The notes under the pieces: generated by a model
What the model was told of the DNA's origin: nothing
What the model saw: only the letters and a program-made list of their open reading frames with translations
Databases searched by the model: none
Translations under genes and position numbers: made by a program
From: a virus
Direction: 5' to 3' (one strand)
DNA length: 64,000 bases
Virus record (IMG/VR): IMGVR_UViG_3300005274_000001
Coordinates: 32,001 to 96,000 of that record
Part shown: positions 39,601 to 49,676 of the stretch, one piece after another
Position numbering within the stretch: the first letter of the stretch is position 1
Layout of the letters: each line of letters begins with the position of its first letter

Positions 39601-40122
39601 TCAAAACACCTCATTAACCTTATATGTATACAAAGTGCCCACTAACCCTTCTATTATTCCTGAATATTCATCAACATCATCTAGAAATACTTTTCTTTTT
39701 GCAACAAATAAAGTATCAGCATCTAGCAAATCTTTCACATCTTTTATTTCTGTTATTTGCTGTGGCCTAAGATAAGCAACACGTACCCATAAACTTTCTT
39801 CAAGAGTTGGATAAATGCTAAATACGATTGAATAATACTCTTTGTTTATTTTTTCCTCACCCAAAAATCCTACATCAAATTCCTTTGAACCACCTCTTTT
39901 AACAGGAACAGATAAGAATCTATTGTAAAAATGTTCAATGCGCTTATAAAAAACTTGGTATTTCTCAGAATAATCACAAGTAATAAGTGTTTTATAGGAT
40001 TCAAAACTAGAAACTATTTCTTTAGCAAAAATATTTCTTTCGCTAGGATGATAAGTAACTTCCATATAAGCCTTCTTTTTGCTAAGAATTTCAAATGGGG
40101 CTGCTTTTAGAAATCTTTCCAT
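39601..40122 (-). CDS. EVF-tail family protein
   Basis: 173 aa, ends NEVF. Confidence 0.8.
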   Translation of the reverse strand: MERFLKAAPFEILSKKKAYMEVTYHPSERNIFAKEIVSSFESYKTLITCDYSEKYQVFYKRIEHFYNRFLSVPVKRGGSKEFDVGFLGEEKINKEYYSIVFSIYPTLEESLWVRVAYLRPQQITEIKDVKDLLDADTLFVAKRKVFLDDVDEYSGIIEGLVGTLYTYKVNEVF

Positions 40123-40137
40123 CCCATCACCCCCTTC

Positions 40138-40644
40138 TCAAAACTTGTAATCGTAGGTAATAAGACATCCTAAACCTACAATATTGTGTATCTTTTTTAG
40201 TTTACTGAAACCTGAGTTATTCAAGAAAAACTCATCAAGCTCAACAATTGGAAAAAACATGAAATCTGTAAAATAGTCTTCCAGGTTAGGTTTTATAAAT
40301 GAGAAAATGTTTCGCTCATTTATCTCTTTGAAAATAACTTTTCCATTTTCATCATTAGTTACATAGAGTATTTTTTCTTCTTCGTAAAATTTAACATTTT
40401 TTATTTTTCTGTTGGCATCTTCGTGCAAAGAAGATTTTATTGCACTTTCTACATATATTTCAAAGGAGCTTTTTCCTACATCTGTTTCATATATGTGAGA
40501 GATTGTTGAAAAAACTTCATCTCCGAAATAATAGTTTTTGATTATTACGATAGAAAAATAGCTCGGTCTAATAAGATTACTAATGTTTGCAATCTTTTCT
40601 TTTGTTAGACTAACATAGTCTTTTTTTACACTTACCTCTTTCAT
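40138..40644 (-). CDS. EVF-tail family protein
   Basis: 168 aa, ends DYKF. Confidence 0.75.
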   Translation of the reverse strand: MKEVSVKKDYVSLTKEKIANISNLIRPSYFSIVIIKNYYFGDEVFSTISHIYETDVGKSSFEIYVESAIKSSLHEDANRKIKNVKFYEEEKILYVTNDENGKVIFKEINERNIFSFIKPNLEDYFTDFMFFPIVELDEFFLNNSGFSKLKKIHNIVGLGCLITYDYKF

Positions 40645-40776
40645 GCCTTCACCTCCTCTCCCTAGTTTAAAGGAGTGAGCGCCTTAGGTCAAGTGGAGCG
40701 CAATCGTTCAGGTGCATGTAAATAAAAGATAGCGTTTATTTGTTTTTCCTAAATAAGCATAGGAAATAAATTGATT

Positions 40777-41283
40777 TTAAAAAACTTCTTGACAATATTT
40801 GACTCTATAAATTCTTCCAAAAGTAGGTTCTGCAATAAGTTTTACTCTTTTTGTCAACACATTTTCCTTATAGGCGGCAATCCGATAATCAAGTACCAAA
40901 AGGTAAACATTAGGATAAAACTTGCCAAGAAACTCTATTTCTTTTTTAAAGTATTCTATCTCGCTAAGATTAAACCTAGCAAATGTATAAGAAGGAAGGT
41001 GTTTTGCAACATTGGAAAAAACTTTACTTTCTTTATACTCATGAGCCACAAAGTAGTATTTTATTTCGGGATCAAAAACTTGGTGGAAAAAAATGTATTC
41101 TTTGTCTTTTTTGTCAACTGCTAAGCGAGATATCATTCTGAGATAGTCTTCCTTTTCTATCATTCTTATTTCATTAGCAACGCCTTTCTCCGAATAAAAA
41201 TAGCTTGCTTCAATGATCTCCAAAAACGGAAGAAAGGATTTAATATCTTCAAAATCATTTAGATTTTTTATCAGACTTTGCAT
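40777..41283 (-). CDS. EVF-tail family protein
   Basis: 168 aa, ends QEVF. Confidence 0.8.
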   Translation of the reverse strand: MQSLIKNLNDFEDIKSFLPFLEIIEASYFYSEKGVANEIRMIEKEDYLRMISRLAVDKKDKEYIFFHQVFDPEIKYYFVAHEYKESKVFSNVAKHLPSYTFARFNLSEIEYFKKEIEFLGKFYPNVYLLVLDYRIAAYKENVLTKRVKLIAEPTFGRIYRVKYCQEVF

Positions 41284-41531
41284 TCGCTCACCTCCTCCTC
41301 TCCCCTAAAGCCTACTACTAAAGCCTTATAAGGTCAAGGGGGGAATAGGAAAAGGCCTTGTGGGGATAGAGAGGGGGGACAAGATTTTACGAGGGAAAGG
41401 CTAGCAGGGAAATATATATTTAGAGGATAGCGTTTACTTGTTTTCTCTTTAAGTTTTAAAAAATAAAAAAACATTGGAAAGGAAGGTTTGTGAGGAGATT
41501 TAAGGAAGATTTGTGAGAGGATTTGTGGAAA

Positions 41532-43190
41532 CTATTCCAAATCTTCCATTTTAACGATTGTGTATCCTTTACTCAACAAATCATTGAATGCTTGAGTACT
41601 ATAATCTTTTGTAGCGATTACAACAGCATCCCTAGGAAGTTTTTCTAACCCATAAATGTACAAATCTGTAATCACAATACCAGGAATATTCTTTTTGGCA
41701 ACATGCTCAAAAACTTTGTCAAAAACACTTCCTCCACCGCCATTAATACCATTTTTCACGGCTTTGTGAAGCTTTGCTACACTATTAACATTCTCTATCT
41801 CTTGAAAATCAACATCATTGAAATAGAGGAACACATTTGCATTATTCTCTACCAAAAACCTCAATAGCTTCATTGATTTTTCCAAATCTTCACCGCCCAT
41901 TGAACCTGAAGTATCTACGATAACATACATTTCAAGGCCAAAGTATTTTTTCTTTCCTAAGACTAGACCATCATTGCTCTTAAAGGATTTCTTGGGGTAC
42001 ACAATCCTATGCCTAAAATATCCTCCACGATAAAGGCGATTAAATAACTGGAGAACAAACTGAGGAATCTTTATTTTCTCATTAGTAAGGAGAATATTTC
42101 TTAGGAAGCCGTGTGCAGTACCGATATGCTTTTTATTTTTCTCAAAAAATCCTTCAAGTATTCTCCTGTTCTTTTCGTCATCATAATCACTAACTTCATT
42201 ACCCTCGCCAATAAGTTGACGAATGATTTCATCTTTAATGGCATTATCTAATGGGCCAAATGAGGAAGCATTTGCAAGATTATTTTTGAAATCCTGATCA
42301 TTTTTTGCCTTTTCCCTTATCTGATTAGCTACATCATTGAAGATATTGTTCACCAAATCAAAGAAGTTACCATAAGAATCTCCATTTTGTGAGCCGTTAT
42401 TAGATTGAGAATCTTGTTCTTGTTGATTATTTTGTCCACCTTGTTGATTACTATTGTTTTGTTCACCCTGATTCTGTTGACCATTTTTGTTTTGATTGTT
42501 ATTTTGATTTTGTTGGCTACCTTGATTATTTAGATGTTTATCAATAGTTTCACTAATCATTTGCGAAATCTCCTTTGCTACGGGTTCAAACAAATCAAAG
42601 AAGAACTCTATTAGTTCATAATCACTCATTTTCTTTAGTTGTTCAATATCAACACCTTTAAGATTTGGTTTAAGTTGCATTCCTAGAGTATTAACTCCAC
42701 TACGAATAGTTTTTTCAAAGTTTTCAAAGCATACACTATTCTCCTTGATTTCTTTGGGATCATCAATGAACTGATAGACGATTTCTTGAATGAACAAGTC
42801 TAAGACAAAGTTAGTAAGCATTGGATTCCTCTTAAAATAATGTTCAAATCTTCTAATGTGAGATAATCTCTGGTGTAGTATTTCATGGAATAAAGTAGCA
42901 CCAACAGCATTATAAACAGGAGTATATTTGGTGAAAAGCTTTTCATTAAGATAAATCACAGGCTTGTTTCTCTCATAGGTAGTGAAACCATACATACCAA
43001 CATTTTGACCATTAATCTCATCGGGGAATATATAAATATCTGCCACAAGTAAATCTTCATAACCATTGAGAGTATAAAGTAGAGGTTCTTTATTTTTGGT
43101 ACGATTTGGAGCAAAAAGGATTACTTTAAAGATATCCAAATATTCAGTATCTTCAATCTTTTTGGCTGCGGCTTTAATGATATCAGTCAT
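41532..43190 (-). CDS. Metallopeptidase-vWA protein (DUF2201-like)
   Basis: FHEILH zincin motif, Q/N-rich linker, MIDAS VDTSGSM, GGGGS, ITD. Confidence 0.85.
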   Translation of the reverse strand: MTDIIKAAAKKIEDTEYLDIFKVILFAPNRTKNKEPLLYTLNGYEDLLVADIYIFPDEINGQNVGMYGFTTYERNKPVIYLNEKLFTKYTPVYNAVGATLFHEILHQRLSHIRRFEHYFKRNPMLTNFVLDLFIQEIVYQFIDDPKEIKENSVCFENFEKTIRSGVNTLGMQLKPNLKGVDIEQLKKMSDYELIEFFFDLFEPVAKEISQMISETIDKHLNNQGSQQNQNNNQNKNGQQNQGEQNNSNQQGGQNNQQEQDSQSNNGSQNGDSYGNFFDLVNNIFNDVANQIREKAKNDQDFKNNLANASSFGPLDNAIKDEIIRQLIGEGNEVSDYDDEKNRRILEGFFEKNKKHIGTAHGFLRNILLTNEKIKIPQFVLQLFNRLYRGGYFRHRIVYPKKSFKSNDGLVLGKKKYFGLEMYVIVDTSGSMGGEDLEKSMKLLRFLVENNANVFLYFNDVDFQEIENVNSVAKLHKAVKNGINGGGGSVFDKVFEHVAKKNIPGIVITDLYIYGLEKLPRDAVVIATKDYSTQAFNDLLSKGYTIVKMEDLE

Positions 43191-43207
43191 CTTCCTCTAC
43201 CCCCTTT

Positions 43208-44251
43208 CTAAACACCTTTCTTAGAGATATTCTGCAGATACTTGCTCAGCGCACTATTCTTGTGAGTATGAGCATATTCATATACATTGGCCTTCCATTC
43301 ATTACCATTTACTAGTGCAGTATAGGAGAGCATGTAGTGATCGTACTTTTTGTGATTTTTGTGAATGTATTCAAAGATCTCATTAAACTTGTTCAAATCA
43401 ATCATTCCCCTTTTTACAAGATCTGCTACATCTACGATTAGCGAAAGAACCTCGCTATCATTACGAGGATAATCACCTTTAGCATAGTTTTTGAAAGAGT
43501 AATATCTGCCTTGAATAATATAGTTTTTGAAGGCCAAGTATACTTTCTTTCCAGAAGATCCAGAGATGATGATATCAAGCTCGCTATCAATAGACATAAC
43601 ATAATCTTCATTTCCTACCATTTCGTTATTGATTAAATCCTTTAAAAGGATAGCAGTACGAGTATTATTTCTTGGGGAAGGATATTGGTTTAGGTCGTCA
43701 TCCTTGGGTTCTTCATAAAACATATGATCTGGACTATTAAGAATGAAAGATACAAAAAGAGGATTTCCGCCCCTACTCATCGTATATGAAGCCCATTCCT
43801 CCTTGGAAGGAATGGGAAAATCTATAACCACAAACCTTTCTACTAATGGACGAGGGATTATTGTAGCTACTGAAGATTGTTCAGGTTTATTGCCTGTAGC
43901 AATAAAGTAAATATTTTCAAACCTTTTGTCGCCAATCCTCTTATCAAGAACAAGGGATTGCAACAAAGAATGCATATCAGGATTTCTGTTAGTTAGCTCA
44001 TCAAGGATTACAACCTTATTATTAAGATCAAAAGTGATGAAGTGAAGCATCTCCTCTTTAACCTGGGGGAAAGAGATATTTTCAGGGAACATTTGCGAAA
44101 CATTAAGATAGAACACATCTAAACCCATTTCTTTTGCGATTTCCCAAGCGATACTAGTTTTTCCTATTCCCCTATCGCCGAGGAATAGGACAGGAAACCC
44201 ATTGCTAAGAATCCTTTTAGCGATGTTTTTGACCTTTCCTACTTTCTCCAT
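43208..44251 (-). CDS. MoxR/AAA_5-type ATPase
   Basis: GDRGIGKT Walker A, ILDE Walker B, ATGN sensor I, PLVERF R-finger, PSPR sensor II. Confidence 0.88.
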   Translation of the reverse strand: MEKVGKVKNIAKRILSNGFPVLFLGDRGIGKTSIAWEIAKEMGLDVFYLNVSQMFPENISFPQVKEEMLHFITFDLNNKVVILDELTNRNPDMHSLLQSLVLDKRIGDKRFENIYFIATGNKPEQSSVATIIPRPLVERFVVIDFPIPSKEEWASYTMSRGGNPLFVSFILNSPDHMFYEEPKDDDLNQYPSPRNNTRTAILLKDLINNEMVGNEDYVMSIDSELDIIISGSSGKKVYLAFKNYIIQGRYYSFKNYAKGDYPRNDSEVLSLIVDVADLVKRGMIDLNKFNEIFEYIHKNHKKYDHYMLSYTALVNGNEWKANVYEYAHTHKNSALSKYLQNISKKGV

Positions 44252-44382
44252 CTTTACCTCCCTTGCCCCACTAGAGGGGCACTCCTAGCCTATCACAAGG
44301 CCATAGGTTTGGTCAAGCGCCTCCTTGCAAGTGAATGCGCTAAGCGCAACAATAAAAATAGGATAGCGTTTATTTATTTTCC

Positions 44383-45078
44383 TCAAAAAACTTCTTCAAG
44401 AAAAATGTTTAGCGAAAAGTGGTAGTTAAAATAAAACACTCTGTCATTTATTCGTTCACCAGAAAGATAAAACTTGTGATTTAGTGTCTTTGAGAGATTG
44501 TAGAGGATTTTTTCTTCATTTATTTCTCTTGGCGCTGAAATCAGGTTTTCAAAAAAGACTTCCTTCAAAACATTGCTGTAAACGCTTGGATTGCTACGAT
44601 AATAGTAAGCATCTTTTATTGTTGCGAAGTGCAAATAAACGATTGTGTCGTAGTTTGAGGGGAGTTTGTATAGCTTATCTTCGTTTTCTAGTTCTATTGA
44701 TAGGAGATGATACTTTTCCTTGATTTTCTTTTTTATTGGGTTTTGTTGAAATGCTAGGCGATAAATCTTTTTCTTACTCAAAAATTTTTTAAACTTGTGA
44801 GCTACTTGTTTTACAAAGCTATCAAAATCATTGGGGGTTGTATAGTATTTTTCAAATCCTCTTTTTACTTCAAATCTTAGCGTTGAGGTTTTGTATTGAA
44901 CAATAAAAAATTTTGAGGATTCTTCTATTTCTGTTTTTAGCGATGCCAACCTTTTTTCAAATATTTTTAAAAAGTCTTCTTGTGAAAATATAGACAAAGT
45001 TTTTGTTTTAATCTTATACTTTAAATTATTTTTGGGCCTATAAAGAGTAATCGTGATTAGCTTAGCATCAGCAGACAT
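44383..45078 (-). CDS. EVF-tail family protein
   Basis: 231 aa, ends EEVF. Confidence 0.75.
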   Translation of the reverse strand: MSADAKLITITLYRPKNNLKYKIKTKTLSIFSQEDFLKIFEKRLASLKTEIEESSKFFIVQYKTSTLRFEVKRGFEKYYTTPNDFDSFVKQVAHKFKKFLSKKKIYRLAFQQNPIKKKIKEKYHLLSIELENEDKLYKLPSNYDTIVYLHFATIKDAYYYRSNPSVYSNVLKEVFFENLISAPREINEEKILYNLSKTLNHKFYLSGERINDRVFYFNYHFSLNIFLEEVF

Positions 45079-45100
45079 ATCTCATTTTTGCAAAACGAAA

Positions 45101-45136
45101 AGAAAACTTCACTACCCCAAAGCGGGGTAGTGAAGT
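45101..45136 (-). terminator. Rho-independent terminator
   Basis: ACTTCACTACCCC-GCTTT-GGGGTAGTGAAGT + T-tract. Confidence 0.85.
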
Positions 45137-45147
45137 CTAAATATTGC

Positions 45148-45900
45148 TTAGAACAAGCTCATGATGTTGTATTTATCTACGAGGATTTTAGTGAACTCTT
45201 CAGATGTGCTTACCAATCCCTTAACAGCATTCAAGGACTCATTATTCTTTTCTACGATATCAATAGCTAGCTGAACCATATCCCTAACATTCGTGATGTA
45301 GCTCTTTAGAAACTCAACATTAATCTCACTCTCTTTAGCTACACTATTTAGGGCTTTTTTAACTACTCTTGGCCCAAAAGCTTTCAAGAACCTTTCAATG
45401 TCTTTATCATCAACCTCTTGTTCTAGGAAAGTATTGGCAACATCCCTATTCTCCTCAAGAATGTTGATGATTTTGTAGACATCACGCTTCATAATATTCC
45501 CCTTTGTATGTTTATTGGAGAAGTTTAATAGAAGAGGTTTGTAAATAATATTTTCCTTAAACATACCGGAATAGGAGTTTACATAGTAAATAGCATCATT
45601 CTTTGTGAGAAAATAGTAGCGAGAAATATACACAGGATTATCAGGTTCAAACATTGGATTAATGCTGTCAAGTTCAGAGAACTTGAAAACGCCATAACGA
45701 GAAGTAACATAGTTAAAGAAGAGTTTTTCGGTTTCATGGGCCAAAATGTATTCATCGCTAAAAAGATTAATGAGGACCAAATCATTTTCAAAATCCTTAA
45801 CATTATTTACCCTAAGAACATAGAAAAAGCTTTTACGAAGATTTTCCACAAGATTAACTGCTTCGCCTAACTGGTAGATCTTCATCTCTTTCTCCTTCAT
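45148..45900 (-). CDS. Hypothetical protein, possible partner of the AAA/vWA pair
   Basis: 250 aa, ends MSLF; same promoter-hairpin-GGGAGGTAA leader as the ATPase gene. Confidence 0.8.
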   Translation of the reverse strand: MKEKEMKIYQLGEAVNLVENLRKSFFYVLRVNNVKDFENDLVLINLFSDEYILAHETEKLFFNYVTSRYGVFKFSELDSINPMFEPDNPVYISRYYFLTKNDAIYYVNSYSGMFKENIIYKPLLLNFSNKHTKGNIMKRDVYKIINILEENRDVANTFLEQEVDDKDIERFLKAFGPRVVKKALNSVAKESEINVEFLKSYITNVRDMVQLAIDIVEKNNESLNAVKGLVSTSEEFTKILVDKYNIMSLF

Positions 45901-46077
45901 CTCTTACCTCCCCGCCTAACCCTATGGGTAGGGCTAGGCTACCCCTAGCCTAACACTAAAGCGTTGTTTAGTCAAGAGGGGGGGTAATGGGTAGTGAGCA
46001 GAATGGGGCGCACTAAAGAATAGGATAGCGTTTACTTATTTTTGAGCGATTAAAAAAAATAAACGAAAGCATTTTTC

Positions 46078-46470
46078 TTAAAACAAATCTCTAAACACTA
46101 CTCTATCTTCAAGATTTATGTAGAACCTTACTAAGTCTTCTTCAAGAAATCCATAAAAACTAATGCTTGCAAATATGTGATAGTCTTTGTCTAGGTTTTC
46201 TGTATTTTTGTTTTCAACGATTTTGTAAAGAAACTTTTCGTTGCGAATATCAGTATTTTTTGAGGCGATTTTTTTATCATTGAAAAGAATGTCTATTTCT
46301 ACTTGGTGTATTTTGCTCACTTGAGAAAGGATTTTTCTATTAAACTTTCGCCAAAAAGGAATAAGACTAGAATGTTCTTTCATGCGATAAATAACTTCAT
46401 CAGATACTCTGCATTGCGAGAGATTTTGCAAAGATACAATAACTTTAGTAAAAACTTCTTTTCTTTTCAA
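46078..46470 (-). CDS. EVF-tail family protein
   Basis: 130 aa, ends RDLF. Confidence 0.75.
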   Translation of the reverse strand: MKRKEVFTKVIVSLQNLSQCRVSDEVIYRMKEHSSLIPFWRKFNRKILSQVSKIHQVEIDILFNDKKIASKNTDIRNEKFLYKIVENKNTENLDKDYHIFASISFYGFLEEDLVRFYINLEDRVVFRDLF

Positions 46471-47003
46471 ATCACCTCCTCTTTCATGTGAAGCTTCAAA
46501 ACAATGTCTAAAAGTATGTATTCGTAAAAAGAATCAGAATATTCTTCGTATTCATCATCATCAGCGTCAACTTTTCTTTTTCTATAGATTGAAGCATAGA
46601 TACTTGCTTTCCTAGCATTACTCTTTAAAAGATCGGGCAACGATTTCTTAAAAAGCTCATTAATGTTTCTAAGCAGAAAATCTGAATAGTTTTCATTATC
46701 TTTCAAAGAAAACTTAAAAGCCCTTATGTTAAAAGGTTCTTCATGAGTACTTGATTCAATAAACATATACAACACATCTTGCTCATTAGGCAAAAATGTG
46801 TGCAAATAACGATATAGGTTTTCAGCGTGCTCTAAAGCTTTATAAAAGTCTTCAAACTTAGGATTTGAAACTATTCTAGTTTCAAAGAAATCGTAAACTT
46901 CTTTAGATCCTTCTCTATCTTCTTCGTCTATGCAATAGTGTGAGCTATTAATATAGTATTCTTCAAGGTTAGCTATCATTTCCCATTTCCAAACTTCTTT
47001 CAT
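46467..47003 (-). CDS. EVF-tail family protein
   Basis: 178 aa, ends EEVI; paralog of the next two (MKE.W..., NP.FE.FY). Confidence 0.8.
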   Translation of the reverse strand: MKEVWKWEMIANLEEYYINSSHYCIDEEDREGSKEVYDFFETRIVSNPKFEDFYKALEHAENLYRYLHTFLPNEQDVLYMFIESSTHEEPFNIRAFKFSLKDNENYSDFLLRNINELFKKSLPDLLKSNARKASIYASIYRKRKVDADDDEYEEYSDSFYEYILLDIVLKLHMKEEVI

Positions 47004-47515
47004 TAGAACACCTCCTTTATTGTTAGAAACAACTCTACTTCAAGAGTTGCGTGTTGAGTGTATATGAAATCTAGTTCATAAATGTGAGATATCACTTGTT
47101 TTCTTTCAATACCGAAGTGTATTCTTATCTTCTTTGTGTTCCTTGAAATGATCTCTTTAACAATATCCTTAAAGTATTGATTTAGCTCAAACATAAGGTA
47201 ATCTGCATAGCTTCTGTAAACTTTCACTTTCTTTGTGTGCTCAGGGTGTAAAAGATTTATATTTTCTAAGTAAGATCTGATAAAAAACCTCTCATCCTTA
47301 CTATTAAAATCTTCCACAAGATACAAATAAAAATCTTCACCTTCTTTAAGTAGCTCATAAAACCTTTCAAAGGTTGGATTTTTTACGATTTTTTTAGAAA
47401 AGTCATCAAACATGTCAAAATCACCTACATCACCACCATCGTCCATAATATAGGCGTAACTTTTTACAGACATTCTTTCTATGCTAGATATTTGGCTCCA
47501 CAAAATCTCTTTCAC
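47003..47515 (-). CDS. EVF-tail family protein
   Basis: 170 aa, ends KEVF. Confidence 0.8.
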   Translation of the reverse strand: MKEILWSQISSIERMSVKSYAYIMDDGGDVGDFDMFDDFSKKIVKNPTFERFYELLKEGEDFYLYLVEDFNSKDERFFIRSYLENINLLHPEHTKKVKVYRSYADYLMFELNQYFKDIVKEIISRNTKKIRIHFGIERKQVISHIYELDFIYTQHATLEVELFLTIKEVF

Positions 47516-47599
47516 GGCTCACCTCCTAGGGCTAGGATAAAGCTCAAGGGGGGGCTAGTCAAGCCTCCCTTTCTAAAAAAGTTTTAAAGATTTAGATTT

Positions 47600-48115
47600 T
47601 CAAAAAAACTTTTCAAAAGGATTGTCTTCAAGCATTAAGTACAAGTATGCCTCTACTTTACCTACATCCTCATAATCAAACCTTCTACTACTTCTTTTCA
47701 GTTTTACTACAATCCTTAAACTTTTTATTTCGTTTTCAACAACATGACGAAAGCACTTTGCTTCTCCTATCGCTATATTTTCTTGTATTATAGACATTAT
47801 AGAGTTACAATCTACTTTTTTATCTTTAGGAATACTATGACTTCTTTGCATTAACTTTTCATTCTTTTTGCCTAACTTCTCAATAGCAACATAAATCATC
47901 TCATCGCCATCAAAAATATTTTTCGTGAAGTTGTAAACATCTAAAGACTCTCTTAAATGTCTGTAAAAGTTATCAATTGTTGCATTAAACTTACCATTTC
48001 GCCTATAAGAATCATGTTCATAAGTTTCTACTATATTGCCTTGATTGTCGTACTTTTGTGTTAAGTAAAATGAGTTTATTGTGTACTTTTTTACACTTGT
48101 TATCAACTCCCACAC
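47600..48115 (-). CDS. EVF-tail family protein
   Basis: 171 aa, ends EKFF. Confidence 0.75.
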   Translation of the reverse strand: MWELITSVKKYTINSFYLTQKYDNQGNIVETYEHDSYRRNGKFNATIDNFYRHLRESLDVYNFTKNIFDGDEMIYVAIEKLGKKNEKLMQRSHSIPKDKKVDCNSIMSIIQENIAIGEAKCFRHVVENEIKSLRIVVKLKRSSRRFDYEDVGKVEAYLYLMLEDNPFEKFF

Positions 48116-48259
48116 GCCGCTCTCTCCTTTTTGGATTGCGTTTATTTATCCCCCCTTGAAACTTTCAGACATTCTCAGAAACTTGCGTTTTTCAAGTAAA
48201 CGCTTAATCATAGTTTGCGAAAAAATAAAAAATCATTAGAAGGAGAATTTCTTATAATT

Positions 48260-48502
48260 TCAGGAAATTTTTAGATGTTCCTCTTGGTTCCAATCGTTTC
48301 TCAAAACCAAAACGCTTAGATTTGGATTATTCTTTAGCAGAGGCTCAATGGGAATTCCAAAGTATTTTTCAAAGACATCTTTAAACTTTTTATGTAAATC
48401 TACATCATCAACATACTTGTCATTAATGAAAAGATCATAGTCATAAATGTTCTTAAAGAATTCCTTTACACTCTTATTTGCAGCCTCTTCGAGAGTCCAC
48501 AT
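48260..48502 (-). CDS. Early hypothetical protein
   Basis: 80 aa, promoter + GGAGG SD. Confidence 0.75.
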   Translation of the reverse strand: MWTLEEAANKSVKEFFKNIYDYDLFINDKYVDDVDLHKKFKDVFEKYFGIPIEPLLKNNPNLSVLVLRNDWNQEEHLKIS

Positions 48503-48558
48503 ACCTATCGCCTCCGATGCTCATGTTAGCAGGTAGGTATCCTTTTGTCAAGCTCCCC

Positions 48559-49035
48559 CTAAAAAACCTCACTTTTTTCGTATTCTGCTCCGATATATAG
48601 TTCATATTTGACATTATTGTTATCGCTTTTGTTATTCGCTACGATTCTAAAAACCAAAACAAAAGTATGATCTGAAAGAGATTCGCTAAACTTTAAAAGC
48701 TTCTTGTAGGTCTTTAAAACATATTCTTCATCTTGCTTGTAGTCAAAATTCAATATCAATTTTTTACTCGTTGTTGTCTTTAGCGTTCTTTCTTTCGTGG
48801 TTATATCTCTTTTGCCTGTAGCTTCAAAGTGAACTTTCATTGATGCTTTTGTATTCTCTTTGGAGATAGAGTTTTTGAGGATTTTAAAATATTTTGTAAA
48901 AAATCTTTCAATTTCGTTAAACCTTCCTTCTCTGAAATCAATTAGGAAAGCGATATTCTTTTTTACTTCATCCTTTCCTTTATTTGCGACAACAGAAAAT
49001 ATTAAGTGATATTTCTTTGGTGTGAAGGGTATCAT
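48559..49035 (-). CDS. EVF-tail family protein
   Basis: 158 aa, MIPF start, ends SEVF; leaderless. Confidence 0.8.
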   Translation of the reverse strand: MIPFTPKKYHLIFSVVANKGKDEVKKNIAFLIDFREGRFNEIERFFTKYFKILKNSISKENTKASMKVHFEATGKRDITTKERTLKTTTSKKLILNFDYKQDEEYVLKTYKKLLKFSESLSDHTFVLVFRIVANNKSDNNNVKYELYIGAEYEKSEVF

Positions 49036-49129
49036 GTCTATAAGCTAGCATGAGAGTGAATCGTTGTCAAGCGTTGGTACACTATTATAAGTCTGGAAAG
49101 CAGAGATACTATTCAAAACACAGCACAAG

Positions 49130-49636
49130 CTATACATAAGGAAAGGTTCTCCTAAATTTGGTCTTTAGTGAAAATTCAATAGTCTTCTCACCAGTAAAGA
49201 AGTGGATTCCTAAAGAGAAGAAGAAGCTTTTGGCATCTTTGTTTTTGAAGATTCTGTCTTGCGCTTTTTTAGTTTTTAGATAGAAATCTTCAAGTAATGT
49301 GTTTATTTCTTTTGGTGAGCTTAAGGTTTTGTATTCGATATGTGAGGCGTATTGGTTTAGTTTGAAGTTCGTGTCGAAAAAGGTTTCTTCATAAATGCTA
49401 AAGATTAGTTTTGTTGGCAAAAATTTATTAAACAAGTCTAAGAAAAGATTGTAAGTTCTAAAAACTTCATCGCTATACAAATGAAAAGTATACAAATGTT
49501 TTGTAGACTTATTTTTGAAGTTTATTGATTTGTTTATCTTTTTAAGATTACTCTCCTCTAGCGTAAGAATAACTTCTACTAATTCGAAGGCGGGATGACA
49601 ATAAATTTTTACTTTATTCTCTTTTATGTTGTTCAT
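49130..49636 (-). CDS. EVF-family-like protein (atypical tail)
   Basis: Leaderless start 49636; HPAFEL N-term; ends RRTFPYV. Confidence 0.7.
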   Translation of the reverse strand: MNNIKENKVKIYCHPAFELVEVILTLEESNLKKINKSINFKNKSTKHLYTFHLYSDEVFRTYNLFLDLFNKFLPTKLIFSIYEETFFDTNFKLNQYASHIEYKTLSSPKEINTLLEDFYLKTKKAQDRIFKNKDAKSFFFSLGIHFFTGEKTIEFSLKTKFRRTFPYV

Positions 49637-49676
49637 GTCTTTAGTGTATGCTAGCTGCACTTTGTTGTCAAGTGTG

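Larger units (their letters stand above)
28746..48205. repeat. Dispersed intergenic motif (G)GATAGCGTTTA(C/T)TT(G/A)TTT, ~18 + strand and ~8 - strand cores
   Basis: GCGTTTA cores at ~28746, 28914, 29610, 30245, 30736, 31323, 31717, 33007, 33633, 34937, 35513, 37775, 39550, 40732, 41430, 44366, 46028, 48138. Confidence 0.8.

Noticed and set aside
42380-42530. Q/N-rich low-complexity repeat
   Set aside because: Usual flexible linker in metallopeptidase-vWA proteins
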